The notes: generated from the letters alone by a model not told the origin. A stretch of 64,000 nucleotides of DNA from Thermoplasmatota archaeon (GCA_029932465.1 JAOZQA010000003.1:6477-70476), one strand, 5' to 3'. Positions 1 to 12,600 are shown, counted from the stretch's first letter. Numbers and translations: made by a program.

Positions 1-1
1 T

Positions 2-592
2 CTGCTGAAAATGCTGTTCAGATTGTTTCTTAAGGAGGTGGGAATAATTCTCAACATAACTACGTTGAGCGAGAAGCTCCATGTTAGCAAGGAAAATATG
101 AGGCATCACCTCTTTCTCCTGGAATTCAGTAAGGTGATAAGGATAATCAGGAACTACCGTCCGTCAGTGTTTGCTGAATCACGGAAGCTGCAGAAGGTAT
201 ATCCCTACCACCCCGCGCTGGCGTATGCATATTATGACGATATAAACGAAGACAAAGTTGTGGAGAGCCTCGTGCTCAGCAAACTGGGAATCCAGCATTA
301 TTTCAGAGAGAGAAGCAGGGAGGTGGATTTTCTGAAAGTTGATAAGAATGGCATCCTGCCCATAGAGGTTAAAAATACAAAGAAAGTGGAGGCCACAAAA
401 CTCATGTCTCTTCAATGGTTTATGAGCAAATATAATATCTCCAAAGCGTGGGTTATCTATCTTGGGGATGACAAAATCGAAAAACAAAACGGAATTACAG
501 TTCACTATAAATCTCTCTACAAATTGCTGTATTCAGGCATTGAAGGAGGGAATGACACCGGGTTAAGGACTGCCTCTTATAGAGACCTTTGA
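2..592 (+). CDS. C-terminal part of an AAA+ ATPase with DUF4143/PD-(D/E)xK tail (COG1373-like), truncated by the window edge
   Basis: Frame is open from position 2 (CTG CTG AAA ATG). HTH-like segment 'LNITTLSEKLHVSKENMRHHLFLLE', then 'RKLQKVY', 'VESLV' and 'EVDF...LPIEVK'. AT-rich relative to neighbouring genes. Confidence 0.8.
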   Translation: MLKMLFRLFLKEVGIILNITTLSEKLHVSKENMRHHLFLLEFSKVIRIIRNYRPSVFAESRKLQKVYPYHPALAYAYYDDINEDKVVESLVLSKLGIQHYFRERSREVDFLKVDKNGILPIEVKNTKKVEATKLMSLQWFMSKYNISKAWVIYLGDDKIEKQNGITVHYKSLYKLLYSGIEGGNDTGLRTASYRDL

Positions 593-845
593 TTCTCTCT
601 TCAATAGTACTTTGGCTTCCACAGACTGAAGGGGAGTATATCTCCGTCCTCTATGTTCATGAGCATATCAAATAGACACATCGGTCCAAGATCTCCAAAG
701 CTTGATCCATGTCCGAAGGGTGATCTACGATCGGAGAGGAGTGGAGATGATGGAATGGTTATATAACAAAACCTGTATAATGCGATGAAAGAGGGTCCTG
801 GAGGGGGGTTATAATCAATAGGGAGCTCTTTTTGACGGGCGTTTA

Positions 846-860
846 GAAAAAGTTTAAATA
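846..860 (+). promoter_or_regulatory. BRE/TATA promoter (GAAAAAG-TTTAAATA) for a probably leaderless beta-CASP gene
   Basis: Purine-rich BRE directly followed by TTTAAATA, about 25 nt before the ATG at 885. Confidence 0.6.
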
Positions 861-884
861 AAATGCATCTTGAAGGGGGCCACC

Positions 885-2117
885 ATGAAAGCGACGTTCC
901 TGGGGGGAGCCACAAAGGTGGGAAGCCTTGCCATGGTGATGCAGGTAGACGGCATGAGGCTTCTCTTTGAATACGGCATGACCCCTTCGAAGCCCCCGGA
1001 GTACCCCCTCCCCTTGGCCGAACCTGTGGACGCTCTGTTCCTCACCCACGCACACTTAGACCATTCGGGGATGCTCCCCTATGCTGTGGCGGAATATCAG
1101 ATCCCCTATACCGCCACCCCTCTGACGAACGACCTCATCCAGATTCTTTTGGAGGATAGCTTGAAAGTGAGCCGCTACGAGGGCTACCCGCAGAAATACA
1201 CAATAGGGGACATGAAGCTTATGAGGGAGTACTATACTCCCGTGAGAGAGGGCGAGAGCTTGATTTTGAATGACGTGGAGATCAAAGTTCTCTCCGCCGG
1301 GCACATCCCGGGGTCCCTCATGTACCTTGTTGATGGGGAGAGAAGCGTTCTCTTCACCGGGGACATAAACACCATTGACACTAACCTCGTCAGCGGAACA
1401 AGGGCTCCCCGATGCGACACCCTCATCATCGAATCCACTTATGCCGGGAGGGAACATGAGCTGAGGGAGAAGACCATCTACCGCTTCCTTGGAAAGGTGG
1501 AGGAGGTGGTAGACCGCGGAGGGGTTGCAATTGTGCCGGCCTTCGGGCTAGGGAGGACCCAGGAGCTCCTGCTCATACTTCAGAAGAGCGGCTACAGGAT
1601 ATGGGTTGACGGTATGGGAAAGAGGATATCGTCGGTATTGCTAAAGAACCCCTCTGAGGTCAAGAACACCCGCAGGCTCAGGAAGGCGCTAGCCGATGCC
1701 CACCTGATAAGGAATCCCAAACAAAGAAAGAAGGCGCTTAAAGGGGACGTGATCATAACGACAAGCGGGATGCTTGACGGTGGCCCGGTTATTGAATACG
1801 TTATCAAGCTTAAAGACAATCCAAAAAACGCAATACTCCTCACAGGGTATCAGGTGGAAAACACCAACGGGAGAAGGCTTCTTGAGAAGGGGACCATGGA
1901 GCTTGCGGGGGTTGAAGAGAAGATAAACATCGATGTTGAGTTCTTCGACTTTTCTGCCCACGCTGGACACTCCCAGCTGGTTGAGTTCATACGGGAGAGC
2001 AAGGCGGAGAAGGTGCTCCTGATGCACGGAGATAACAGGGAGGAGCTCAAAGAGGCTGTGGATGACGGCAGCAGAGAGGTCATACTGCCTGAAGAGGGCA
2101 AGAGCGTGGAGCTCTGA
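885..2117 (+). CDS. Metallo-beta-lactamase fold, beta-CASP family ribonuclease (aCPSF2-like)
   Basis: Motifs THAHLDH, AGHIPGS, FTGD, ESTY, GRTQE, TSGML.GG and FSAHA...HG. No N-terminal KH domains. Confidence 0.9.
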   Translation: MKATFLGGATKVGSLAMVMQVDGMRLLFEYGMTPSKPPEYPLPLAEPVDALFLTHAHLDHSGMLPYAVAEYQIPYTATPLTNDLIQILLEDSLKVSRYEGYPQKYTIGDMKLMREYYTPVREGESLILNDVEIKVLSAGHIPGSLMYLVDGERSVLFTGDINTIDTNLVSGTRAPRCDTLIIESTYAGREHELREKTIYRFLGKVEEVVDRGGVAIVPAFGLGRTQELLLILQKSGYRIWVDGMGKRISSVLLKNPSEVKNTRRLRKALADAHLIRNPKQRKKALKGDVIITTSGMLDGGPVIEYVIKLKDNPKNAILLTGYQVENTNGRRLLEKGTMELAGVEEKINIDVEFFDFSAHAGHSQLVEFIRESKAEKVLLMHGDNREELKEAVDDGSREVILPEEGKSVEL

Positions 2118-2199
2118 GGGAATCACAACTCCACAAAACGTTTATATAGAGACTTCTGGTTTAACGCACTACCTCACAGTTTAAAAAGAGGTGTATCGT

Positions 2200-5100
2200 A
2201 TGCGTTTGAGATACCGTGGAAGCACCTGTTATACTGGAAGGCTCGCATTCAACCTCTTTATGGCCCTTGTCCTTCTCCTGCCCCTGATCAAATTCCCCGG
2301 GGCTGGAGGAGATCATCAGGTGGCAGAATCCCCTGCCCCCCCCTCTGTACGCGATGCTGAAGGCTGGATCACCTACATGGGGGACCTTCAGCACACGGGA
2401 GTTACCACCTCGGAGATGCCGCTTAAGCCCGAGGTGCTCTGGAGAGCCTCAGTGCCCCATCACACCCGCTCGTCCCCGCTTATATACAACGGCAGGGTGT
2501 ACATCGGTTCCGGGGACGGGAAGCTATACTGCTTTGACATTCAAGACGGCAGACTGCTCTGGACTTTCAGCACATACATAAACCAGTCCAACCCGGGGGG
2601 CGAGATCCGCTACACACCCACCCTCCAAAGAGGAGTTATATATATCACCACGGAGAGCTACGGCATCTATGCGGTGAACGCCACGACTGGGAGACTCATC
2701 TGGTATACCATCATGCCTGTGAGGTCCGTCTCTAGAACGCCGTCTCTTGCCGGGGATGTAATGGGAATCTCCGGAGCCAGGGTGGATAAGGCTTATTTTT
2801 ACGGCATAAATGCTTCAGGCGGCAGTGTCCTTTGGACCTTTGAGTTCTCCTCCCTCGTGGTGGGAATCGCTGGGGAGCCCGCCACCGATGGGGAGTTTTT
2901 CTACTTTGGAACAGATGCAGGCTACTTCTACGCCCTGGATAAGGACGGATTCGCAGACGGAAACGATGGGTATCAGGGGGAGACCAACACCACGTTGAGG
3001 GACGGCGATGTGGTGTGGGTATACAATGCCACCAGGCCGGTGGATGGCTCACCCACAGTAGCTGGAGGAGTAGTGCTCTTCGGCGACAGAGGTGGCTATC
3101 TCCACTGCCTGAACCGTCTAACAGGAGAGCCGCTCTGGGTGAAGAAGGTGGGTGATATGATATCAGCGGCTCCGGCGGTCTACCAGGGTAAGGTCTACAC
3201 CCTCACAATGAGCCTCTATTACATTGGCGGCTTCCCCTACCGCGGCACTAAACTTGCGGCCCTGAGGCTCACTGATGGATCTGAGATCTGGAACTACACA
3301 CGAACCAAGCCCCCCGAAGGGTCCGCTCCCGTCACCAACGGCAGGTACATCACCTTCGGTCTAGCGGACTCTAAGCTCTATCTGATAAATGCCACGGACA
3401 TCAGGCTTACGGAGGAGAACAGGGAGATCTGGAGGATAGATCTGGGGGCGCCCGTGCGAACGGTACCCGCAGTCTCAGACGGCAGGATAGCGGTCGCTAC
3501 TAATGGATCGGTTTACATGCTAGGGGTGCCGGAGATATACCTCTATCAGGTGACCTCCTCCAGCTATCTCCCGTATCACGGCGAGATGGCAGACTTCACA
3601 GCCCACCTCTGGAACAACGGTACTGTGGGGGCGGAAGTGAACGTCTCCTTCTGGAGGACCAATGCCAGAAACAAGCCGAAGGTACTTTTGGGTTATAAGG
3701 GAGTATATATCCCCCCAAGGTCATTCGGCGAGGTTACCATCACTGCACCTGTAGACATATCAACCCCTTACGTCTGGGCTCTTGTGGAGTCGACGTATCC
3801 AAGGGATCCCAGGCTTGAGAGAACCCCTGTGGGGGCACGGCTGAACCTCACGGTCCTCAGCCAGATTGAATGGGGATGGTACACCCCGGGGAAGAATAAC
3901 TTCGGCAACCTTTACGTCCCCCAGAGCCCTACATCAACAAAAGAATACTGGCATGTGGACCTCCCTGGTACGCCAGAGGGGGAGCCTCTCGTTATCAAAG
4001 GAGCGGTTGTGGTAGCTACCCAGCAGGGTCTTGTGAGGGCCTACTCCCGATATCTTGCGGGGGGTTCGGATGCTCCAACTATCCTCTGGGAGTGGCAGGC
4101 GCCCCAGGGTCTCTCATGTCCCCCTGTGGCTCTAGCATCAACTGTCTACTCCCCCTCAGACAAGGATATCGTCATTGTCCCTCTTCAAGGTGGGGAGGTC
4201 TGGGCCCTTGACCTCAGCGGCTTTATGGACATCTCCCAGCCCGGGGGCCCCAACGACGGCCCCTACACCTCGGAGCCGAGCCCCCAGGGAACTCACGCAG
4301 ATATCGTATGGTCGGCTTCCCTGCCGGGAGAGGTGAAGAGGGTAATGCCGGCCTTCGGAAGAATTTACGTTCTTACAGCTGAAGACACCCTCTATGCCCT
4401 TGACGATGACAACGGAACTGTCACCCTCACCCTGCCTCTTCAGGAGATCACGGATGTTCTATTCGGCGAGCGATACCTATACGTTGCCAACTCCTCGGGA
4501 GCTCTGCTCTTCATGGAACCTGCAACTGGAAAGGTGGTTTACAGCCTCAATCCCACCAATGAATCAATAACCCATCTCCGATACTCCTCGGGGTGGCTAT
4601 ACACCCTCACTGAAACCCACCTGATCGCACTGGACGGAGACCCTGATGACAACTCCGACGGGAAGATAGACATAAATGATACCGATGAGGGGATGACCGA
4701 CGCGGAGGTGGGTCCTATGGACCTCATTTTCGTCACCAACCTCACCGCCTCTCCGACGGGGTTCTTCTGTAGTGGTGAAGACCTCGTACTCATAGGCGAG
4801 GAGGACGGGATTGAGGTCTATGATGTTGAGAAGCGCTCTATGAGATACCGCGTGGAGGAGGACTTCCGCGGGTTTGTTGGAGCTTCCAAGTCTCTAATCC
4901 TCTACAGTTCCAGCGGGGTGAGCCTTCTCACTCTTCCCCCCACTCCAAGCCTCCCTGAGACGCTCTGGTCAGTCAGCATAGAGGCCTTCTCCCTCTCCTT
5001 CCTTGACGGCTATCTGTACATCTACAGGCCCGGGGGTCTCACGGTTCTTGGCTCTGAGAACAAACCCCCTTGGGTCTCTATAAACTCCCCCCGGGAAGGC

Positions 5101-6480
5101 GATGTCTTCTTTACAGAGGAGGAGATTGAGGTGGATCTGGGAGGAAGCTATGACCCGGACGGAGACGAGATAACCTTTGTGATAATCTCTGACAAGGAAG
5201 GAGTTCTCTATCGTGGCGGGGCCGACGGTGCGTCCATTGTCTTCTCGGAGGAGGGAAGGCACTTGCTTACCGTGAGGGCTGAAGACCCCTACGGCAGCTT
5301 TTCCGTGAAGAGGCTGAACGTCACTGCTCTGGAGAAAAAGATAACCCTCTTCCCCTCCCCTGCCCTGAACGTCGCTGTCCTTCTCTGCTACGGCGGCACG
5401 GGGTATGTGGAGTTCTCCGAGGCTGATGTGGCGGGAATTGAGGGAAGGGCACTCGTCCAGCCCGTGAGCATGAGGTTCGTACCTCTTTTTGAGAACGAGC
5501 CCTACCTCATAGCCTGGGCCAACATATCCTTTGACTCCTCTGGGGTCCTTCCGCCTTTTGGGATGAACCTCTCTAGGGCGGGGGTATTCAAGCTTGTGAA
5601 CGAGGAATGGGTTAGGATGAGCGGGGGCAGGGGCCCCGGGGAGAGGGAGTACTGGGCCAACACCACAGAATTCGGAAGCGCTGAGATGACAGTGGTTGCT
5701 GGGATCCTGGACAACCAGAGGCCATCTCTTTTCGGAGGGACGGCCACCCGGCTCAGAAGGGGAGTGTACGACTTCTCGATCTATTATCTGGACTACGACG
5801 ACGATGAGCCCTTAGAGGTGGTACTGGTTGTGGATAACCAGACCGAGTACAGCATGGTCCAGGAGGACCCCTTCGCCTATGAGTACGCCAAAGGCGTGAA
5901 GTTCGTAGCTCGCTCCGTGCGGGTGCCCCGGGGCGGAGGGGAGTGGCACACCTACTACTTCTATGCCAGGGACAGCTACCTTGGTGGGAAGAGCAGGTAT
6001 TATTCGCTTCACATACTGCCCAATCACCCGCCGGTTCCGGTCCCCGGGGTTTCCATGAAGGTGAAAGTGAACCAATTCGTGACCTTCAATGGGAGCCGAT
6101 CCTATGATCCCGACGGCGACCCCCTCTCTTACTACTGGGATTTTGACATAAGGGACGGTTTCCAGGTGGAGAAGGAGGGGGCGGTGGTGGTTTGGATGTT
6201 TACCGAACCTGGAAACTATACTGTGACACTTAAGGTAGACGACGGTGAGCTCAACGCCACGGCGTACATTCATGTGGAGGTGTACGAGCCGGAGAAGGCA
6301 AGCCCGCGAGGCCCCTCTGTCCTTTTAGGAGCCGCAATCCTCATGCTTGTAGTGATAATCTTCGTGGCGGTATTCCTTCTTGTAAGGAAGCACAGAGAAG
6401 AGGCTGAAATTGAACGCATGTGGGAGGCGGAAGAAGAGGAGAGTGCGACCTATCGCAGGAAAGGCAAAATCGAGGAGTGA
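2200..6480 (+). CDS. Membrane-anchored surface protein with PQQ/BamB-like beta-propeller repeats and PKD/Ig-like domains
   Basis: Signal-like N-terminus. Repeats such as 'SSPLIYNGRVYIGSGDGKLYCFD..DGRLLW'. PKD motif 'FNGSRSYDPDGDPLSYYWDF...PGNYTVTLKVDDG'. C-terminal TM helix plus charged tail. SD GAGGTG precedes ATG 2200. Confidence 0.85.
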   Translation: MRLRYRGSTCYTGRLAFNLFMALVLLLPLIKFPGAGGDHQVAESPAPPSVRDAEGWITYMGDLQHTGVTTSEMPLKPEVLWRASVPHHTRSSPLIYNGRVYIGSGDGKLYCFDIQDGRLLWTFSTYINQSNPGGEIRYTPTLQRGVIYITTESYGIYAVNATTGRLIWYTIMPVRSVSRTPSLAGDVMGISGARVDKAYFYGINASGGSVLWTFEFSSLVVGIAGEPATDGEFFYFGTDAGYFYALDKDGFADGNDGYQGETNTTLRDGDVVWVYNATRPVDGSPTVAGGVVLFGDRGGYLHCLNRLTGEPLWVKKVGDMISAAPAVYQGKVYTLTMSLYYIGGFPYRGTKLAALRLTDGSEIWNYTRTKPPEGSAPVTNGRYITFGLADSKLYLINATDIRLTEENREIWRIDLGAPVRTVPAVSDGRIAVATNGSVYMLGVPEIYLYQVTSSSYLPYHGEMADFTAHLWNNGTVGAEVNVSFWRTNARNKPKVLLGYKGVYIPPRSFGEVTITAPVDISTPYVWALVESTYPRDPRLERTPVGARLNLTVLSQIEWGWYTPGKNNFGNLYVPQSPTSTKEYWHVDLPGTPEGEPLVIKGAVVVATQQGLVRAYSRYLAGGSDAPTILWEWQAPQGLSCPPVALASTVYSPSDKDIVIVPLQGGEVWALDLSGFMDISQPGGPNDGPYTSEPSPQGTHADIVWSASLPGEVKRVMPAFGRIYVLTAEDTLYALDDDNGTVTLTLPLQEITDVLFGERYLYVANSSGALLFMEPATGKVVYSLNPTNESITHLRYSSGWLYTLTETHLIALDGDPDDNSDGKIDINDTDEGMTDAEVGPMDLIFVTNLTASPTGFFCSGEDLVLIGEEDGIEVYDVEKRSMRYRVEEDFRGFVGASKSLILYSSSGVSLLTLPPTPSLPETLWSVSIEAFSLSFLDGYLYIYRPGGLTVLGSENKPPWVSINSPREGDVFFTEEEIEVDLGGSYDPDGDEITFVIISDKEGVLYRGGADGASIVFSEEGRHLLTVRAEDPYGSFSVKRLNVTALEKKITLFPSPALNVAVLLCYGGTGYVEFSEADVAGIEGRALVQPVSMRFVPLFENEPYLIAWANISFDSSGVLPPFGMNLSRAGVFKLVNEEWVRMSGGRGPGEREYWANTTEFGSAEMTVVAGILDNQRPSLFGGTATRLRRGVYDFSIYYLDYDDDEPLEVVLVVDNQTEYSMVQEDPFAYEYAKGVKFVARSVRVPRGGGEWHTYYFYARDSYLGGKSRYYSLHILPNHPPVPVPGVSMKVKVNQFVTFNGSRSYDPDGDPLSYYWDFDIRDGFQVEKEGAVVVWMFTEPGNYTVTLKVDDGELNATAYIHVEVYEPEKASPRGPSVLLGAAILMLVVIIFVAVFLLVRKHREEAEIERMWEAEEEESATYRRKGKIEE

Positions 6481-6605
6481 TCAAACAGCCTTTCAAATAA
6501 CACCTACCTTTGGAGAAGCCTTAAGTATGGGAACTAATATGGGTGGAAGTCCAATCAAGATAATCCCGGGCGCTTCTGCAAAAAGTGATGACAGGGTGAA
6601 AGCGG

Positions 6606-9600
6606 ATGGCGAGGAAGGCGAGAAGAGGCGAAAGAAAAAGAGCCAGAGCAAGACGGGAGATTGCCCTTGGGGGTATTGCAAAGAGAGCCGCTGAGCAGGT
6701 GGCCAGGAGGGAGGAGGAGATACGTGAAGAGCTGGTTAGCCTGAAGGGCTACCTTAGGAGGGAGAGAAGGACTGTTCTCGCCCTGCTTGGCATATTCCTC
6801 CTCGCTTTCTTCCTGCGCACGTACGTGTACTACACCCTATCCTTCGAAAGCTGGCCCCCTGTCACGGCCGGAAACGACCCCTATTACCACAAAAGGGTCA
6901 TAGACTATATTCAGACTTATCATACCCATATAAGACATGACAGCATGCTCAATTACCCGGTGGTGGGAGGAAACCCGAGGCCCCCCATATTCGACTGGTC
7001 TATAGCACTTCTCGGAATGCTACTTGGCCCCATGTTCGGTGGCGCTAGAGCGGTGACGTGGATCATATTTGAGTTCTACCCTGCCTTCTGGGGCGCCCTC
7101 ACAGTGATCCCAGTATACTTGCTAACCAAACAGGCATTCGATAAGAAAAGCGGACTCCTGGCATCGCTTTTCATCGCCCTCACACCGGCGCACATCGAAA
7201 GGTCCCCCTTAGGTTTCTCCGACCACGACTCTTTTGTCGTCTTCTTTGTGGTACTCTCTCTCTACTTCCTTACCCGCTCCTTCTCCCATCTGCCCGAGAA
7301 GAAGTGGGTGGCGGATTATAGGAAACCTTCTGAGGTGATCTTGGGTCTGAAGAGGTTCTTCGAGGAGAACAAGCTCGTCACCGGATATGCCCTTCTTGCG
7401 GGTCTCTCTCTCTCGGCCATAACGCTCACCTGGGAGGGGTTCCCCTACATCATGGTCATTCTGGTGGTCTACTATTTCATCCAGCTTCTCATCGACCGCT
7501 TCCGGAACACGGACTCTTTGGGGCTTTTCATCGTTATGACAATTGTTCTTGGACTCCCCATGTTCCTCTCCCTGCCCTACTACTACCTGTTCTCTATAAC
7601 CACCTGGATGGTAGCGTTTTTCCTTCTCCTTGCGGTGCTCTTCCTGGGCCTTATCATTGTTCCCACGAGGGACTACCCCTGGCTCCTGGTCCTGCCCACC
7701 CTAGGCGTCATCATCGCAGTGGTATACCTAATCCTCGCCAAGGGCTTCCCTGAGATGGCCCAGCTCATATTCACTGGCAGGGGCTATTTTGTGAAGAGCA
7801 AGCTGTACAGCACAATCGCTGAGGCACAGCCTCCAGATATAAGCAGGGTGATATTCTCCTTCGGCGTGGCGGGTTTCTTCTTAGCCCTCACAGGCATTCT
7901 CCTCTCAATAATGCAAATACCCAAGAACCTCAAACGGGACTACCTTCTCATTGTGGTTTGGACCACCGTAGCAATATATATGGCCTTAAGCGCCGTGCGT
8001 TTCGTCTTCAACGCCACCCCCGCCTTCGCAGTCCTTGCGGGATGGGTCACCTGGAGAATCGTTGAGAAGTTCGATGCTAAGATGCAGAGCCTTTCACTCT
8101 CCCTTCTCGGCGCCGGGACATTCCTTGTGAACCTTGGCATCATAAGTTATGCTTCCGACAAAGGTCTAACGGATGAGTTCTACGTCAAATATTTCCCCTA
8201 CATCGTCTTCGCTATCGCCCTGGCGATTGGATACGGCTACTATCTGCACATGAAGTACAGGGTCAAAAACCCCCGATTCAAGCTGAGGAAGGTTACCGTA
8301 GGCGTGCTTGTGGGCTTCTTTATAATGTACCCCTACGTGGTGGTGGCTTCCGACGCTGCGGTTCCTTATGAGAAGAAGCGCGACATAGACCCTACAGGGG
8401 AGTACATGGGTGCCTTCGGCCACAGCCTCCCCGGGGAGTACTGGATTGCCTCTTTTGACTGGCTTTCAAAGCAGGACGCAGACCTTCCCCCGGAGGAGAG
8501 ACCTGCCTTTATATCCTGGTGGGATTATGGGTTCTGGTGCGTCTATATGGGGCAACACCCCACAGCAGCGGACAACTTCCAGTACGGGTATCAGTTTGCA
8601 GGCTCCTTCATCGCCTCCACAGATGAGGATGAAGCCATCGCCTTGATGATAGCTAGGATATTAGAAGGAGACTTCATAGGAAATCAGGGTGAGTTCTCAA
8701 AGGAAGTAGCCGATATTATGAAGGATTACCTCAACTACACTACTGACCCCTCAGACTACATGAGGCTTGTTGACATCTACTCCCACCCGGACAAATATGT
8801 TGATGAGGTGGAGGCTCGCCCTGAAGTGTATGGCCACTACGTGGACATAACTCCCATGAATGCTAAATACGCCGCCGCTAAGGTCCTCATACTCTCTGGA
8901 GGAGAGGAGAGGATGGTGGAGCTCTACGGGAGGCTGAGGGAGGCCACTGGCAAATCCCTCCGGTATTTTGCCGTGGACTCCAGACTCTTCCCCTTCAGCG
9001 CCAGCAACACGGGGATTTTCTACGCTCCCATAAAGCTAGCGGACAGGGATCTGAACGACTACTTAGAATATTACGCCTACGCACAGAAGAATTACGGGAC
9101 TGATCAGAACCCTGACTGGAGGGACCTTCCCGACAACCCCATCTCAATGGACGAGCTTGAGAAATGGGCGAAAGATGAGCCTCACAAATACAGGGTCAAA
9201 AGATATGAACTACACTACACGGAGAACTTCTACAAATCCATGTTCTACAAGGCCTACATTGGCTATGGGCCGGAGGACATCGGTATGAGCATGGACGGGG
9301 TCTCCGTACCTGCCATGAAGGGGTCACTGCAGAACTATCCGCCCATGCAGGGCTGGAACATGAGCCACTTCCGCCTAGTCTACAGGACTATGTACTGGTC
9401 GCCCAAGGACGAGAAGAACTCCACCACGGAGGACTACATACCTATGTCTTACAAGGAGGCTGTAGAGAAGTACGAGAAGGAGGGGGGCGACATAAAGTCC
9501 GGTCTCGGGCAAGGAGTTTACTACCTCAAGTATTACGACGGGGCAGTCATAAGCGGAAGGGTCCTTACAAAGAGCGGGGTTCCGGTGCCGGGGGTGAGAA

Positions 9601-12600
9601 TCACGATACTTGACGAGTACGGGATTCCCCACGGCAGTGTCATCACAGATGAGGAGGGCAGATACTCCCTTCTAGCACCCTTTGGGGAGTGTACGCTTCT
9701 CGCCACAATGGGGGAGCTTGAGACGGCGTGGGACCGACTTTATCAGTATAAAGCAAAGCCCGACTCTAGGGAACCTGAGAACCTTCTCAACCTGACGAGG
9801 ATCACCATAACTGACGAGCAGGCCATGAGGGTCAAGGATTGGCAGATCAGAAGGAACCTTGAAGTGGATGATCTCACTGCTGAGGGCAGGATATACTTTG
9901 ACAATGACGACAGTGGAAGCTACGACGATAAGAAGGACACCCCCCTTGAGGACGTGAAGGTGACCTATACAATGCTGGGCGGAGACTATCAGGCGGTGAA
10001 TTACACCAACTTCCAGGGATATTATTCCTTCTACAGCATGCCGCCGGGGCATTACCATGTTGAGATGGAATACATGGGGTTCAAGAAAGTTCTGAGCGAG
10101 GACCTTGAGATATCCCCATCGTCTGAGAAGAAGCAGGACGGTGCCTTAAAGCCGGCCCAGATACACGGTTACGTAAGGCTACACGGGGGGGGTCAGGCGG
10201 TGGGCGCTGAGGTGAGGCTCACAGAGGCAGAAGGAGGGCGCGATTACAGCGCCGTGACCGATGAGAACGGCTACTACTCAATAGAGAATATGCTCCCCGG
10301 GGAGTATAAAGTAACCATAGACCGGGAGGGCTTTATGATAAACGAAAGCAGCGTGGGGCTTCAGGAGGGCTCGAATGTCTCCCATAACCTCACACTCCTA
10401 CCAGTGTCAACATGCACTGTGCGTGTGACTGTCCCCGGGGAACTGGCGGGGGGTGAGGAGTTCTCACCGTCAATGGCCCTTGTCCGATTCGTCATGAGGG
10501 ATACGCCTGAGTGGAGGTACTCCTTCTTCACCGGTGAAAATGGAATGGTGGAGGCGACCCTCCCGAAGGGAATCTATGCCGTGCATGTGGAGTACACCTC
10601 CGGTGAGAGGACCTTCGCCGCCATAGGCGAGGTCGACACGAGGATGGGAGGTACGTTCTTCCTTAATATTACCCTTGATGAGGCCTTCACCGTATATGGG
10701 AATGTCACGAAGCTGGAGAACATGGCTATGAAGTACCAGTGGATACGGTTCACTCCGCAGAACTCAACCGGGGTGACCTACGCCTTCACTGGCCCCAATG
10801 GCCTCTTCCAGATAGCTCTTCCCAAGGACACATACGCCGTCTACATCGAGGAGGAGATCCCCGGGTCTATAAACACACATCAGTTCTTTGGGTGGCTCTA
10901 TTCGCCCCCGGGGGAGTACGTGGAAGTGCACTACCACGCGCTCAAATCCGCCAAGGTGAGTGGGCGAGCATTCTGGGACCTGAACGACGATGGGATTTAC
11001 ACCGATGCTCAGAACAGGACGCTCAGGGAGTTCCTTACAAATCCCGCAGGTAACGTCACTGATCTAGCGATGGAGGGAGTGAGAGTCACCGTGAGCTCGG
11101 AGAACGGAACGATTACCACATATACCGACGCGAACGGGGAGTACGAAGTCAACCTCATGCCTGGGATCTACAGGCTTGAGGCATCATTTGGGGGGATGGT
11201 TTCCGAGCCCGCCTATATAAGCGTTGAGGATGAACCAATAACAATGAACGAGGGACTTAAGGACATAAACCTGAGGCTCTCCTCGGAGCCCCGGGAGGTC
11301 TCCCTTAGAGTGTTCTATACAAGGGATGGAGAGAGGGTACCCGCCTCTGGGCTCCCGGTGAAGGTGGAGTCCCTTCTTGACTACATCACATTAAACGAGA
11401 CCTTCGTAGCGGGCCTTGAGGGCGAGCTCACCGTATCCCTCACCCCCGGCTATTACCGACTGACGGTGCACACTGAATACCCCGGGGAGCCCAGGGTTTT
11501 GTACAATGGCTCTTCGAGCATCGTTGTACCCCCCGGTGAGGGGATTTACCCTATAGAGTTTGAAATAGAGAAATGGGTGGAGCAGGAGTTGACGGTCAGA
11601 TATGACGGGGTGGACCTGAACAGTGTTACGCTTCGCTTCATATCAGTCTCCCGGGAATACTCCTTCGTTACGGATCAAGAAGGGAGGGCAAGGGTATATC
11701 TTCCAGAGGGCAACTACACCGTAGCTCTAAGCCACCTCTTCGGCGTCCACCACCTGCTCTACATTCAGCAGCATTCACTCATAGAGGGCATCTGGGACCT
11801 TCCAGAGAGCGTAGAGCCCGTGGAAGGCTACGAATTCAGCGGAAGGGTTGTGGTAGAGAGCGTCTATCTTAAAGACTACGCCCTCAGCCTCAAGCTTCCC
11901 TACTACAGTGAGAGCGTTCCCCTGGACTCCACCGGCGCTTTCACAGCATATCTTCTCCCGGGGAGAGTATACAACGTCTCCTTCGACCTGAAGGCTGGTG
12001 TCAATGTGGAGATTCTCTACGTATACTCGGACACCATTGAGGCGGATGGTGACATGACTGGCGTTGAGATCCGGCCCCGGGAATATGTGAAGGTGGAGGG
12101 CACTGTATTCTACGACGAGAACGACGACCACTTTATAGATAAGGAGGAGAGGAAGGGAGGCGCCAACATCACCTTCACGGACGAGGTCTTCGGAGATGTC
12201 TACACCGTCCAGGCGGACGAGGAGGGGGACTACAGCATATATCTTCCGAGGTCCCTTTTCAGTATAGAGGTGGAGCTCGAGGGCTTCCAGAGGGAGCCCA
12301 AGGACTACGCTAGGAAAATCAATACCACCGTGGAGGTGAAGAAGGACATCCCCGTGCTCCCCTCTCCTCTGGAGGTAACTGGCCTGGCGTTCTACGACGA
12401 GAACGGCAACGGCTTCAGGGACACCGGTGAGATACTCCTCCCGGGGGCGGAGGTAAGGTTCATCGCCATAAGCTTCACAGGGGAGGACGCCACCGTTGAG
12501 GTCTCCTATGATGGAACATATACCGCATACCTCATGCCAGGGACCTACACCGTCTACGCCCTCTACGAACGGGCGGGTCAGCTAAGGTATTCCTGCATTC

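Noticed and set aside
601-915. 104-aa minus-strand ORF
   Set aside because: Overlaps the beta-CASP promoter and start, has atypical composition, and shows no recognisable motif.
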